Assembly: GCA_963781885.1 (NCBI GenBank)
Contig: CAWAHW010000006.1
Coordinates: forward strand, 64,001-128,000
Reading direction: 5' to 3'
DNA: 64,000 nucleotides
Source of the DNA: an uncultured Spirochaetota bacterium
GTDB taxonomy: Bacteria; Spirochaetota; Spirochaetia; SZUA-6; Fen-1364
The position numbers and the translations under genes are program-made. Each line of letters starts with the position of its first letter. Within the stretch, counting starts at the first letter, position 1. The notes beneath the pieces are model-generated. The model was not told the DNA's origin. It saw only the letters and a program-made list of their open reading frames with translations, and made no database searches. Below, one piece after another: positions 48,762 to 59,181 of the stretch.

Positions 48762-49982
48762 CTACGCGCCCGGCGATCCGGTGGAGCTCGCCGACGCGGC
48801 CGGTGGCCGCGTCTTCAGCATCGTCCTCCCGACGAAAACGGCGAGCCCCGCCATGATCAGCGCCCCCAGCACGCCCATGGACCACGATCCGAGCTGGCCG
48901 AGGAGGAATCCCCCCACCACCGGGCCGATCACCTGTGTGAGGCTCTGGAGGGAGCTGGAGAGGCCGAGGGTTCCCCCGACGTCGTCGCGCGTGACGGACT
49001 TCGTGAGCGCGCTGTTGAGCACGGTGCCGAGCACGCCGGCCGCCAGCGCCATGGGGGCGAAGACGATCATGAGGAGCGGGATGCTGCCGACGAAGCCCCA
49101 GGCGAGCAAGGTGATCCCCACGACGATCACCCCGGCCTGGATGAGCATCGGCTCGGAGAAGCGCGCCGTGAGCGGGCCGATGGCGAATGCCTGGACGAGC
49201 ACCGTGATCACCCCGACGTAGGCGAGGATGTATCCCGTCACGGCCGCGGCGAGGTGAAGCCGCACGAGCGCGTACAGGGTGAATGTCGACGTGAAGATGC
49301 CGAAGGCAAGCGAATAGAAGAACAGCGTGTTGAGGATCGGGCCGACGCGCGGCGTGCGCAGGGCGGCAAAGAGCGCGGACGCGGTGACCGCCGGCCGCGT
49401 CACGATTGCAAGCTCCGCGCGTCTTTGCGCGGAGAGGGATTCCGGCAGCGCGGCGAGGATCCAGATGAAGTTCACCAGGGCGAGCCCCGCCGCCACGAGC
49501 GCCGGTGTGCCATAGCCCCAGGTGGAGAGAAAACCGCCCATTGCCGGACCGACGATGAATCCAATCCCGAACGCGGAGCCCAGGATGCCGAGACTCTTTG
49601 CCCGGTTTTTCTCATCGGTCATGTCCGTGATGTAGGCCTGGGCAAGGGCGAGGTTGCCGCCGAGCAGGCCGTTGATGATCCGGCTGGCAAATATCGTCGT
49701 GAGGGACCGCGCGAATCCCAGCATGATGAAGCAGGCGAAGCCCGCGAAGGTGCCCAGGAGCAGGAGAGGCCGACGACCGAACCTGTCCGACAGGCGCCCG
49801 ATGATGGGCGCGGCAATGACTTGCGCGAGCGCGTTCGCCGTGCCCAGAAGCCCGATCACGAACGGGGTTGCGGAGAACGTCTTTGCGTAGTACGGAAGCA
49901 GGGGAAGGATGAGGCTGTAGCCGAGCAGGTCCACGACCACGAACACGAAGAGGATGGGCAGGGGGCTCGCCTTGGCGCGCAT
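48762..49982 (-). CDS. MFS efflux transporter (TetA/DHA1-like)
   Basis: GRLSDRFGRRP motif A; GFIVGPAMGG antiporter motif. Confidence 0.9.
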   Translation of the reverse strand: MRAKASPLPILFVFVVVDLLGYSLILPLLPYYAKTFSATPFVIGLLGTANALAQVIAAPIIGRLSDRFGRRPLLLLGTFAGFACFIMLGFARSLTTIFASRIINGLLGGNLALAQAYITDMTDEKNRAKSLGILGSAFGIGFIVGPAMGGFLSTWGYGTPALVAAGLALVNFIWILAALPESLSAQRRAELAIVTRPAVTASALFAALRTPRVGPILNTLFFYSLAFGIFTSTFTLYALVRLHLAAAVTGYILAYVGVITVLVQAFAIGPLTARFSEPMLIQAGVIVVGITLLAWGFVGSIPLLMIVFAPMALAAGVLGTVLNSALTKSVTRDDVGGTLGLSSSLQSLTQVIGPVVGGFLLGQLGSWSMGVLGALIMAGLAVFVGRTMLKTRPPAASASSTGSPGA

Positions 49983-50044
49983 CGAGTGAAAATACGGCCG
50001 TATCCTGCGCGCGGTCAAACGCCGCGGACCCGAGGCCTCCTCTC

Positions 50045-51049
50045 CTACGCCGCCTCCTCCTGGATTCCTCGCATTGCCCGGTACCAGGCGAGCGTGCGCC
50101 GGACGCCTTCCTCCAGCGTCGTCGGTGAGAATCCGAAACGCGACTGGAACCTGCCGCCATCCACGACGTACGGCTCTTCCTTCTGGTAGAGCACGTCCAC
50201 CACCTCGCGCAGAAGAGGGCTCACGATGCCGGCGGCCCGCAGCACCCCCCGGGGGATGCGCCCCAGCTCGGTGCCGCGCCCCGCGGCCGTGAAGAAAAGG
50301 CGCGCCACGTCGCGCGTCGTGAGCGTCCGGTCGTTCGGCACGATCCAGACACCGCCGTGCGCGGCGGGGTCCAGTGCCGCCGTGGCAAGCGCGCGGCCGT
50401 AGTCTTCAATGTAGGTGTAGGTGTGGGGCATATCCACATCGCCGATCATGGCAGGACGCTTTCCCGCGAAAAGGGGATCGAGAAAGCGCTCGGTGCCGAA
50501 GACGCTCTGGAGCATGCCGCCGGGCCCATAGTAGTCCGATGCGCGCACGACGGTCCAGGAAAGGCCCGTGCGCCCCGCCGCATCGACGAGCCTTTCGTGC
50601 AGCGCCTTCTGCAGCCTGCCCTTGCGTGACGGTGCTTCCTCGCGCGTCGTCTCCGTGATGACGGGGACGCCCCGGCTGTACATGTAGAGATTCTGAGCGA
50701 TGGCGATCACCGCCCCATTGATGCGGGCGGCTTCCAGCATATTGGCGTGCAGCGGCGGCAGGATCCTCTCCCAATCCCGGTAGAGGACATTCGCGCAGTG
50801 GTAGATGTGCGAGGCTCCGCGCGTTGCCGCGATCAACGCCTGCCGGTCCAGCGCGTCGACCGCCTGTATCTGGAGCCTTCCCCGTTCTTCCCGGGTGAGA
50901 TCGTCAAGGAATACCGACGGCCGCCTTCCCGATTTGCCGAGCATGCTCACGCGCAGGCCCCTCTTTAAAAGGGTTTTCGCGGTCGAGGCCCCGACGGGTC
51001 CCGTGCCGAGCACAACGTGCGCTTTGTCCGCCGAACCAGCCAAGCTCAT
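50045..51049 (-). CDS. NAD-dependent epimerase/dehydratase family protein
   Basis: VLGTGPVG, NLYMY, RASDYYGP; GGAGG RBS. Confidence 0.85.
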   Translation of the reverse strand: MSLAGSADKAHVVLGTGPVGASTAKTLLKRGLRVSMLGKSGRRPSVFLDDLTREERGRLQIQAVDALDRQALIAATRGASHIYHCANVLYRDWERILPPLHANMLEAARINGAVIAIAQNLYMYSRGVPVITETTREEAPSRKGRLQKALHERLVDAAGRTGLSWTVVRASDYYGPGGMLQSVFGTERFLDPLFAGKRPAMIGDVDMPHTYTYIEDYGRALATAALDPAAHGGVWIVPNDRTLTTRDVARLFFTAAGRGTELGRIPRGVLRAAGIVSPLLREVVDVLYQKEEPYVVDGGRFQSRFGFSPTTLEEGVRRTLAWYRAMRGIQEEAA

Positions 51050-51221
51050 TTTGAACCTCCATGTAGGCATTGCCAACATTTCAAGAAGACACTGGGTGCA
51101 CGGGTGGGCGACGCTCCTCATTGACGATCTCCTGCCGCAGTGGCTGGCCGGAGACGGCGATGCATGGATCGCGCACGCGCAGGCGCTCCTCATGTGACGG
51201 CCCGCCCGCTTCACCGCCTTC

Positions 51222-53057
51222 CTATGGCATGAAGGGGCGAAGGTGAATGGTGACCGGTGAGTCGCCGTAGTAGCCGAACCTGCTTGTCATGGTCTGGCTG
51301 GTCAGCTCGCAAAGCGTCACGCTCCCGCCGACTTGCACGTCCTCCCACTTCCCGCCCTTCGGATTGTAGTAACTCTTGCAGGGGCCGTTGGGGTGGAGGA
51401 AATCGATCAACCGCCATGCCTCCTGGGCGTTGATGCCGTCCGGCGCGGCGTCCAGCGCGTCGAGGATCTGCCGGTTCAGCTCGTCGTAGCGCCACTGGAT
51501 GTCGTTCTGCTCGCCGCCGGCGAGCAGGGCGATCCATTCGGTCATCGCCGAGAGGCGCATCTCGGGACAAATGGCGGCATTCGTGGCGATAATGATGTCG
51601 CTGCGCTTCTCCCGCTGCGGCGCGAAATAGAACGGCCCCGGACAGTTGCGCTCCGTGTGGTGCCGGTTGATGTAGCCGCGGTCGCCGAAATCGGCCTTCC
51701 GATAGTCGAGGCCGCGGTGGAGCCGCCACACGTCGCGCATCAATCCCCCGCGACGGCGCGTGGAGAGGGGGCGGATGAGCGAGCCCAACGCCGCGGCTGT
51801 CACCTTCCACGCGAAGCCCAGCCGGGCCGTCCAGGTGGCCCCGAAGGCGCTCCACAATCCCTCGTTCCAATCGTCCAGGTATGCGCGGGGGTAGGCGTAG
51901 CCGCGCGGCCGCACGCAAAGCCCCGCCGTGGGCGCGGCAAGGTCGTGAGCCTTCCGCGTTCGCTCGATGTAGGGAATATCCGGTAGATGCTTTTTGTAAT
52001 AGTCGGGTACACCCTCCAGATAAGGAAAAGGTCGGTCAGGGTCCACGCGGCTGCCCGCTTCCACCACGAACGCATTCCCCGCGGCATCCGCCACCGGGTA
52101 GAGCCAGGACACGCCGCGCGGGGCCGCCTGTATCCGTGCCACGGCGTCCGCGGCATTCCTGCAGCGTTCGACGCAGTCGCGGAGCAGGAGGAGCGAATTG
52201 AGGCCCGGCCGCGCGGGGTCGCAGAGCCGGGACGGCATCATATCGACGCCCACCGCGAGCCCTGCATCGTTCATGCCCGTCATGCTGCCGACGAAACCGG
52301 GCGCGGTCAGGCTCACGAAGAAATGCCGGTCCCCGTCCGCCGGCGCGGCGATCACGATACAGGCGGTCTCTTGGAAGACGTCGGCCGTGGGGAACATGAA
52401 GTCCCTGCCGAAAAAGTGCCGGCCGCCTGCCGCCCGGCCTGAGATGGAGAAGAAATTGCAGCCGATGGGGGTGCGCAGGGAAGAGGGATGCACGTGTCTG
52501 TCCGCGAAGAGCTCGCCGGTGTAGACGTGGGCAAGCACGCAGTCGATGCCCAGGTTCAGCGCCAGCAGGTGCTCCAGGGTGACGTCGGTCCGGGGGTTGG
52601 TGTCGCGGCAGCCGGCCTCGATGCCTTTCATCTCCTCCACGTACTCCGCGGGTATGTCCGGCAGCATCTTCCGCGCCGCCCCCTCGATGATCTCGATCAG
52701 GAGCGCCTTGATGCCGGGGAGCGCCCGGGGCCGTGACAATGGGTTGGGGCCGAAAAAGGCGAAGACGACATCGCGGATGTAGGCGCCGGCCATCCGCGAT
52801 ACCTCGGGCTCCGCCATCCTGCCCATGAGCCAGCCCTTTTCGAAGCCGGTGCCTTCCACGTAAAACGCCTTCTTTGGCTTGCCGTGGGCGGAGAGGGCAC
52901 CATTGTGGACCGCGGCGACCCCCATGCTCTGACCCGTCTGCTGCCAGCCGAGCGTCTCACCGGGCGCCCTCCTGTCGGGGAAACGCACGACGGTGAAGCC
53001 ATCGGCGGTGAATGCCCGCGCAACGCGCGGGAAGCGCTCCGAGACGGATGCGGTCAC
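51222..53057 (-). CDS. Peptidase C45 / Ntn-hydrolase family protein
   Basis: EEMKGIEAG, G|CNFFS autoprocessing Cys, GRDF, GMNDAGL. Confidence 0.8.
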   Translation of the reverse strand: MTASVSERFPRVARAFTADGFTVVRFPDRRAPGETLGWQQTGQSMGVAAVHNGALSAHGKPKKAFYVEGTGFEKGWLMGRMAEPEVSRMAGAYIRDVVFAFFGPNPLSRPRALPGIKALLIEIIEGAARKMLPDIPAEYVEEMKGIEAGCRDTNPRTDVTLEHLLALNLGIDCVLAHVYTGELFADRHVHPSSLRTPIGCNFFSISGRAAGGRHFFGRDFMFPTADVFQETACIVIAAPADGDRHFFVSLTAPGFVGSMTGMNDAGLAVGVDMMPSRLCDPARPGLNSLLLLRDCVERCRNAADAVARIQAAPRGVSWLYPVADAAGNAFVVEAGSRVDPDRPFPYLEGVPDYYKKHLPDIPYIERTRKAHDLAAPTAGLCVRPRGYAYPRAYLDDWNEGLWSAFGATWTARLGFAWKVTAAALGSLIRPLSTRRRGGLMRDVWRLHRGLDYRKADFGDRGYINRHHTERNCPGPFYFAPQREKRSDIIIATNAAICPEMRLSAMTEWIALLAGGEQNDIQWRYDELNRQILDALDAAPDGINAQEAWRLIDFLHPNGPCKSYYNPKGGKWEDVQVGGSVTLCELTSQTMTSRFGYYGDSPVTIHLRPFMP

Positions 53058-53103
53058 GATGGTCCCCCTTTTTGTATGGTCCGATTCTACCGATTATCAG
53101 AGT

Positions 53104-53325
53104 ATGGAAGCAACCCTGGGAATCATGGTCGATGCGACCCATGGGATCGAATACCGTGCGGTTGCCCGCAACAATCGATGGTTCGCGCAGTGGCGCCCCG
53201 CGCGGGCTCTCGAATCTTTCCCTGCCTTTTCCTACGTGACGCGCTCCGAGCATTTTGACACCGAGGGGGAAGCTATGGATTTCATCCGCCGCAACGCCGC
53301 ACAGATCGTCGGCCGCAGGATCTGA
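53104..53325 (+). CDS. Small hypothetical protein
   Basis: globular-looking 73 aa ORF (HFDTEGEAMDFI); start uncertain. Confidence 0.5.
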   Translation: MEATLGIMVDATHGIEYRAVARNNRWFAQWRPARALESFPAFSYVTRSEHFDTEGEAMDFIRRNAAQIVGRRI

Positions 53326-53411
53326 GGCCGCTTTCCCCTGCCTTAAAATTTAATATCTATAAGCTATAGTCTGTCCTGATTCAATAGAATCATACCTCGA
53401 CAATCCAGGCA

Positions 53412-53465
53412 TTGACAACCCGGCATTTTTCGTCATAATTCGACCAATTTACTGTTTTGGTCGAA
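53412..53465 (+). promoter_or_regulatory. sigma70 promoter with overlapping TetR operator
   Basis: TTGACA-N16-CATAAT; palindrome TTCGACCAA-N9-TTGGTCGAA at 53439-53465. Confidence 0.8.
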
Positions 53466-53487
53466 AGGTCCAAACGAGAGGAAAGCG

Positions 53488-54075
53488 ATGTCAGGAATCA
53501 CGCGCGAGGTCCAGAAAGGCCAGATCCTCCAGGCTGCGGAAACGGTCGTTCATCACTTCGGATTCGCCAAGACGACGATGAGCGATATCGCGAAGGCGAT
53601 GCGGAAGGGCAAGAGCTCTCTTTACCACTATTTCACGAGCAAGGAGCAGATATTCGTCGCGCTCCTGCACAAGGAGATCGCCGACCTGAAGGACGAGTTC
53701 CTCCGCGTCGTCGAAGCGGAGCCGACGCCCGAGCTGAAGATCCGCGCATACATCCTGACGCGCATGCGGATGTTCCACGACAAGATGAACCAGCATATGT
53801 CCTTCATGGAGGAAACGTCGGAGAGGTACGACCTCCTCATGAGGATCCACGAGGTCTATGACCCCGATGAGATCAAGATCATTTCCGGCATTCTCGCGCA
53901 GGGGGTGCGCGACGGCCGCTTCGTGATCGACGACATCCCCGCCACGTCCACGGCCATCGTCTTTGCGCTGAAGGCATTCGAATATCCCTTCACCCGATCC
54001 GTGGATGAGGCGGAGATCGAAGGGAAGCTGGATAGAACACTGAATATTCTCTTTTACGGTATCGTGCCGCGCTGA
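53488..54075 (+). CDS. TetR-family regulator
   Basis: GFAKTTMSDIA...SSLYHYFTSKE. Confidence 0.93.
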   Translation: MSGITREVQKGQILQAAETVVHHFGFAKTTMSDIAKAMRKGKSSLYHYFTSKEQIFVALLHKEIADLKDEFLRVVEAEPTPELKIRAYILTRMRMFHDKMNQHMSFMEETSERYDLLMRIHEVYDPDEIKIISGILAQGVRDGRFVIDDIPATSTAIVFALKAFEYPFTRSVDEAEIEGKLDRTLNILFYGIVPR

Positions 54076-54092
54076 AAGACCGAGGAACATCC

Positions 54093-56768
54093 ATGAAAAA
54101 GCTGACCGCGTTCGTCTTCCGGTTCCGTCTGCCCATCGTGATCGTCTTCGGCGTGCTCACCCTGTTCTTCGGGTTCTGGATCAAGGACCTGAAGGTCAAC
54201 AGCAACGTCGTCAGCTATCTCCCGCACGACGACCCTGCCGTCCAGCTGTTCACGCATCTGGACGAGAGCTTCGGCGGGAACGACCTGGTCATGGTGGCGG
54301 TGCAGGCCGATGCCATTTTTTCCCGCCGCACCCTGGCAGACCTCAACAGGCTGACCGAGGCATTCCGCCAGGTGGAGGGGGTCTCCTCCGTCACAAGCCT
54401 CACCGACGTCATGGACATCCGCAAAGCCGCGGGCGGCGGCATCGAGGTCGGAAAGCTCATCGACGTGGACAATCTCCCCGCGACGGATGCCGGCACGCAG
54501 GCGCTTCGTGACTCCGTGATGGGCAAGGAGCGGTATCGCGGCAGCCTCATCTCCAACGACGCGACGGCGACGCTCGTCATTGCCCAGCTCAAGTCCGGCT
54601 CGGACAAGACCGCGGTCATCCGCCGGATGCAGGCCGCGGCCCCGCCCTCGTCGTTTCCCGAAAAACTGTCATTCGGCGGCATCCCCTACCTGACGGCCGA
54701 GCTCGCCTCCTTCATCGTGCACGACTTCGGGCTCCTGATCCCCATCGCGGCGATCCTGATCATCCTGACGCTGTTCCTCACCTTCGGCACCCTGCGCGGC
54801 GTCCTGGTCCCGCTCGGCGCGGTCGCCGTGAGCACCGTCTGGGTGCTCGGGTTCATGAGCCTTCTGAAGGTGCCCCTCACCCTCGTCTCCGACATCATCC
54901 CCGCCATCCTGATCGCCGTCGGCACGGCGCCCTGCATCCACATCCTCAGCAAGTACGACGAGGACCTCACCCTCTACGGACGGACCGGCCCGGAATCCCA
55001 GGCAGCGTTCGGCGAGGTCGGCATGCGGGTCATCCTCGCCGCCGTCACGATCGTGCTGGGCTTTTCCTCGTTCATCATCGGCTCGTACCTGACCACGATC
55101 CGCGACTTCGGCATCTTCACCTCCGTCGGGGTCTGCTTCTCCCTGGTTGTCTCGGTGATCCTCGTGCCGGCCGTGCTCTCCATGATCACGGTCAGGCCCC
55201 GGCAGCGCAGGCACGGGAATGCCCACGCGATCCGCCGACCCGAGGACCGGCCGATGTTCCGCGCCATGACGGCCTGGGGCACCATCGTGGTCCGCCGGCG
55301 CAGGGCCATCCTGGTCGTCTCCCTCGTCGTGCTCCTGGCGGGGCTCGCGGGAACCCCGCTCATCCAGCGCAAGGCCGACTTCGTGGAGTTCTTCGATCCG
55401 CAGAGTCAGGTGCGACAGACCGACGCCCTGCTGTCGAAGCAGTTCGGCGGCTCGCGTCCCCTCCAGATCAGCTTCAATGGCGACCTTTCGGACCCGTTCG
55501 TCCTGAAGGAGATGCTCCGCTTCGAGCGCTTCCTCGATGGAAACGGCCTGGCGCGGAATCCCGTCTCCATCGCGGACTTCATCGTCGAGATGAATGACGT
55601 CATGGACGACACGCGCACCGTCCCGGCGGAGAAGGCGAAGATCGCCAACCTCATGTTCCTCCTGGCGGGCCAGGACATGGTGCGCCAGCTCCTGAACGAC
55701 GACTCGACCGAGGGGCAGATCCAGGCCATGGTGGGGTCGCAGGGGGTCGGGGACCTGCAGCGCACCATCGCGGAGATCGAGGGGTACATCAAGGGCATGG
55801 AGACCCGGCTCGTCGCGGTGGACCTCGCCTCTCTGCCGCCGAACGACCGTCAGACGGTGAGGGACTTCCGCGTCACCCGGTCCCGGGAGATGCTTGGATG
55901 GCTCGCGGGGAAGCGGCAGCCCGGCGCGCGCGTCGATGACGCCCTGCTTGCCGCGGCGTTGAGCGGCGCGGCACCGCAGACCGGCCCCGGGCCGGGGCGG
56001 GTGCCTCAGGAGATCCTCGCGGCCTTTCCGCCCGCGCTGCAGGCGGACGCGGGATTCAGACAGGACCTGATTGCCGAGATGCAGGACCTGTCGCAGGGCA
56101 CGGTGGCGGTTCCCGAGCGGCTCTACAAGGGACTGTCGGTCGCCGCGCAGGGAGAACCGGACGTCATCACATACTCCGTCGGCTTCACCGGCATGCCCCT
56201 CATCTCGTGGCATCTGGACCGCAGCATCCTCCTGAGCCAGGGGGAGAGCCTCCTGATCGCCCTGGTGTTCATCTTCCTGCTCCTTGCCGCGCGGCTGCGC
56301 TCCGCCCTTGGCGGGATGCTGGGGCTCGTGCCCATCGTGCTGGCAATCGTGACGATGTTCGGCATCATGGGCTTCACCGGCATTCCGATCAATGTCGCGA
56401 CCGTGCTCGTCGGCAGCATCGCCCTCGGCATCGGCATCAACTACGTCATCCACTTCAGCGTCCGATTCACCACGTACTATCGAGGCCCGACGACCGCCGC
56501 CGAGGCGGTGAAAAAAACCATCCAGACCACGGGCATGGCGATCATCATCAACGTGCTGGCCGTCACCATGGGATTCGTGGCCCTCTTGTTCGCGAACCTG
56601 CTGCCGTTGCGGCAGTTCGGCATCCTCACGGCGATCGCGATGCTCGCCAGCGGGCTGGGGGCCTTCACCCTCCTGCCGGCGCTCATCCTGTTGAAGCCGT
56701 CGGCTTTCGCGGGCCGTGGAAAAGGAAGGCCTTCCGAAAAAGGACGCAAGGAGGCGCCTGCCCAATGA
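54093..56768 (+). CDS. MMPL/RND-family transporter
   Basis: duplicated TM bundle plus large loops; IALGIGINYVIHF. Confidence 0.9.
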   Translation: MKKLTAFVFRFRLPIVIVFGVLTLFFGFWIKDLKVNSNVVSYLPHDDPAVQLFTHLDESFGGNDLVMVAVQADAIFSRRTLADLNRLTEAFRQVEGVSSVTSLTDVMDIRKAAGGGIEVGKLIDVDNLPATDAGTQALRDSVMGKERYRGSLISNDATATLVIAQLKSGSDKTAVIRRMQAAAPPSSFPEKLSFGGIPYLTAELASFIVHDFGLLIPIAAILIILTLFLTFGTLRGVLVPLGAVAVSTVWVLGFMSLLKVPLTLVSDIIPAILIAVGTAPCIHILSKYDEDLTLYGRTGPESQAAFGEVGMRVILAAVTIVLGFSSFIIGSYLTTIRDFGIFTSVGVCFSLVVSVILVPAVLSMITVRPRQRRHGNAHAIRRPEDRPMFRAMTAWGTIVVRRRRAILVVSLVVLLAGLAGTPLIQRKADFVEFFDPQSQVRQTDALLSKQFGGSRPLQISFNGDLSDPFVLKEMLRFERFLDGNGLARNPVSIADFIVEMNDVMDDTRTVPAEKAKIANLMFLLAGQDMVRQLLNDDSTEGQIQAMVGSQGVGDLQRTIAEIEGYIKGMETRLVAVDLASLPPNDRQTVRDFRVTRSREMLGWLAGKRQPGARVDDALLAAALSGAAPQTGPGPGRVPQEILAAFPPALQADAGFRQDLIAEMQDLSQGTVAVPERLYKGLSVAAQGEPDVITYSVGFTGMPLISWHLDRSILLSQGESLLIALVFIFLLLAARLRSALGGMLGLVPIVLAIVTMFGIMGFTGIPINVATVLVGSIALGIGINYVIHFSVRFTTYYRGPTTAAEAVKKTIQTTGMAIIINVLAVTMGFVALLFANLLPLRQFGILTAIAMLASGLGAFTLLPALILLKPSAFAGRGKGRPSEKGRKEAPAQ

Positions 56769-57517
56769 AAACTCACGCTGCCGTCGCTCTTGTCGCCCTT
56801 TTGTCGCTCCTCGGCCCGCTGCCCGCGGCGGCCCAGGACAACGCGCTTTCCGCGCTCGACATCCTCAACAAGGTCGATGACGCGGTCAACGGCGCGAAGG
56901 ACCAGAGCTACACCCTGAAGATCGTGCTGACGGACAGGAACGGCGCGCAGAAGACGCAGGAGTTTCTCATGCTGCAGAAGGGCAGGGACAGGCGCCTGGC
57001 AAGGGTCCTCTCGCCTGCCGATCTCCGCGGGATCAGCTTCCTGTCGCTTGCCGGGGGGGTGCAGTATCTGTATCTGCCCGCTTTCGGCAAGGCGCAGCGC
57101 ATCGAGTCCCACATCATGAACTCAAGCTTCACCGGCACCGACTTCACCTACGAGGACATGGAGGCGGGCAGGCAATCGGACAGGTGGGATCCGCAGATCG
57201 TCCGACAGGACCAGGATGCCATCGTCCTGTCGATGACGCCGAAGAAGGGGACAACGAGCGACTATTCGAAGGTCGTCATGCAGATCCGACCCGACAACTT
57301 CGTCCCCGTCCGCATCGAGCATTACGACAAGGACGGGAAGCTCTTCAAGGTCCTCGTGCGCGACAAGCTCCAGCAGGTCCAGGGCTACTGGGTCGCCATG
57401 GAGACCACGATGGAAGACCTGAAGAAGAAGCACAAGACGACGATGATGATCTCCGACATGAAATTCGACACCGGCATCCCGGATGAGAGGTTCACCGATC
57501 GCGCCATGGGCCAATAG
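56765..57517 (+). CDS. LolA-like outer-membrane lipoprotein-sorting protein
   Basis: ATGA overlap; signal peptide; SPADLRGISFL, YLYLPA, SFTGTDFTYED. Confidence 0.85.
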   Translation: MKTHAAVALVALLSLLGPLPAAAQDNALSALDILNKVDDAVNGAKDQSYTLKIVLTDRNGAQKTQEFLMLQKGRDRRLARVLSPADLRGISFLSLAGGVQYLYLPAFGKAQRIESHIMNSSFTGTDFTYEDMEAGRQSDRWDPQIVRQDQDAIVLSMTPKKGTTSDYSKVVMQIRPDNFVPVRIEHYDKDGKLFKVLVRDKLQQVQGYWVAMETTMEDLKKKHKTTMMISDMKFDTGIPDERFTDRAMGQ

Positions 57518-57588
57518 TCCGGCCACGGTACCCCGTGGCATTTGTCCGTCCTTCCGCGGCGGTGTACACTGGCGCGGGAAGGTGATGC

Positions 57589-58218
57589 ATGGAAAAAAGC
57601 GATCGAAGGGCCCTCCTGGTTGTCGACGTGCAGAACGACTTCTGCCCGGGCGGCAGTCTTGCCGTGGATGACGGCGACAGCATCATCGCCGTCATCAATC
57701 GCCTCATGCCCTTGTTCCCGCGCGTCATCGCCACCCAGGACTGGCATCCGCCCGACCACGTGTCCTTCGCCTCGACGCATCCCGGGCGCAAGCCCCTGGA
57801 TGTCGTGGATGCCGGCGGCATTCAGCAGGTGCTGTGGCCGGATCACTGCGTGCAGGCAACGCGCGGCGCGGAGCTGCATCCCCGGCTCGATGCGCGGCCG
57901 CTCGGTCTCATCCTCCGCAAGGGCATGCGGCGCACGCTCGATTCCTATTCCGCCTTTTTCGAGAATGACCGCCGCACGGACACGGGACTGCGGCAGTATC
58001 TCAAGGGGCTCGCGGTGCGCGAGCTTTTCGTCTGCGGCCTGGCGACGGACTACTGCGTGATGGCGTCGGTCCTGGACGCGCGCAGGCTCGGTCTTCGCGT
58101 CACGCTCGTGCGTGATGCCTGCCGCGGCGTCGACTTTCCGCGCGACAGCGTCCGCGAGGCCATCGATGCAATGAAAAAGGCCGGGGCGCGCATCGTCGAT
58201 TCCCCGGCGCTGGACTGA
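57589..58218 (+). CDS. pncA: Nicotinamidase/pyrazinamidase
   Basis: VDVQNDFCPGGSL, DWHP, WPDHC, GLATDYCV. Confidence 0.95.
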   Translation: MEKSDRRALLVVDVQNDFCPGGSLAVDDGDSIIAVINRLMPLFPRVIATQDWHPPDHVSFASTHPGRKPLDVVDAGGIQQVLWPDHCVQATRGAELHPRLDARPLGLILRKGMRRTLDSYSAFFENDRRTDTGLRQYLKGLAVRELFVCGLATDYCVMASVLDARRLGLRVTLVRDACRGVDFPRDSVREAIDAMKKAGARIVDSPALD

Positions 58219-58224
58219 GCCGGC

Positions 58225-59100
58225 TCATCCGGTCTCCAGCGGGTCGATGTGGATGAAGGCGCGCGAGACCTCATCCATGTCTTCGATGGCCTTCTGCACC
58301 TTCTTGCCGATCCCGTGCGCCTCCTCGATGGTGATGTGCCTGTCCACGTTGATATGCACCTCGATCTCGACCGTCGTGCCCACGTAGTGGGCAAAGACAT
58401 CGTTCAGGCCGCGCACGCCCTCGATCGCCTTCGCCTTGCCGACGATGCGCGCCACGAGCTCCGCCGGCGGGGCCTCACCCATGAGGTACTTGATGTTGGC
58501 CTGGCCGATGGAGAATCCCGCGCGGATGATCCACAGGCCCACGACAATGGCGGCCACGGGATCGAAGATCGGAAGCCCGATATTCGACATGACGATGCCG
58601 ATCAACACCGCGATGGAGATGAGGACGTCGTTCCTGTGATCGGTGGCTGACGCCATGAGCGCGGTGCTGCCGGCGCGCACCGCGACGGCGCGCACGTAGA
58701 GGTGCATGCCCAGCTTGATGACCATGACCGCGAGCAGCAGGACAATAGGCAGCAGGCCCTTCTCGGGCTGCTCGCCGCTCCAGAGCCGGGCCACCGATTG
58801 GGCGATGATCTGGAACCCCACGATGCCGGTGAGGATTGCGACCACCAGACCGGCAAGAGGCTGGGCGCGCTTGTGCCCGAAGGGATGGTCGGCGTCCGGC
58901 GCCTTGTGGGAGCTGCGCACGCTGATGAGGACGATCGTGGACGCCACGATGTCGGTGAGGGAGTTGAACGAGTCGGAGATGATGGCGATGGAGTTGAACA
59001 GGAGCCCGACGGCCAGCTTGCATCCGAAGAGCACCGCGTTTCCGACGATCCCGAGCCACGTGGCGATTCTCTCCGTCGTCTGCTCGGCGGCTTCTTTCAT
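58225..59100 (-). CDS. Cation diffusion facilitator (FieF-like)
   Basis: SDSFNSLTD, PDADHPFGH, DHRND, EAH, HIDP. Confidence 0.92.
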   Translation of the reverse strand: MKEAAEQTTERIATWLGIVGNAVLFGCKLAVGLLFNSIAIISDSFNSLTDIVASTIVLISVRSSHKAPDADHPFGHKRAQPLAGLVVAILTGIVGFQIIAQSVARLWSGEQPEKGLLPIVLLLAVMVIKLGMHLYVRAVAVRAGSTALMASATDHRNDVLISIAVLIGIVMSNIGLPIFDPVAAIVVGLWIIRAGFSIGQANIKYLMGEAPPAELVARIVGKAKAIEGVRGLNDVFAHYVGTTVEIEVHINVDRHITIEEAHGIGKKVQKAIEDMDEVSRAFIHIDPLETG

Positions 59101-59128
59101 GCGTCCCTACCTTAAGCGTTCGCGGGGC

Positions 59129-59153
59129 AAAAAAAAAGGGGCCCGAAGGCCCC
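59129..59153 (-). terminator. Intrinsic terminator
   Basis: A9-ggggcc-cgaa-ggcccc (hairpin plus U9 on minus strand). Confidence 0.85.
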
Positions 59154-59181
59154 TCGCGTGAAGGCCCGTTGGCCCCCCGCG

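Noticed and set aside
47898-50189. Long overlapping or antisense ORFs (also 22716-24749, 54669-56765, 61043-62632 and others)
   Set aside because: R/G/A/P-rich shadow frames typical of high-GC coding DNA; no recognisable motifs.
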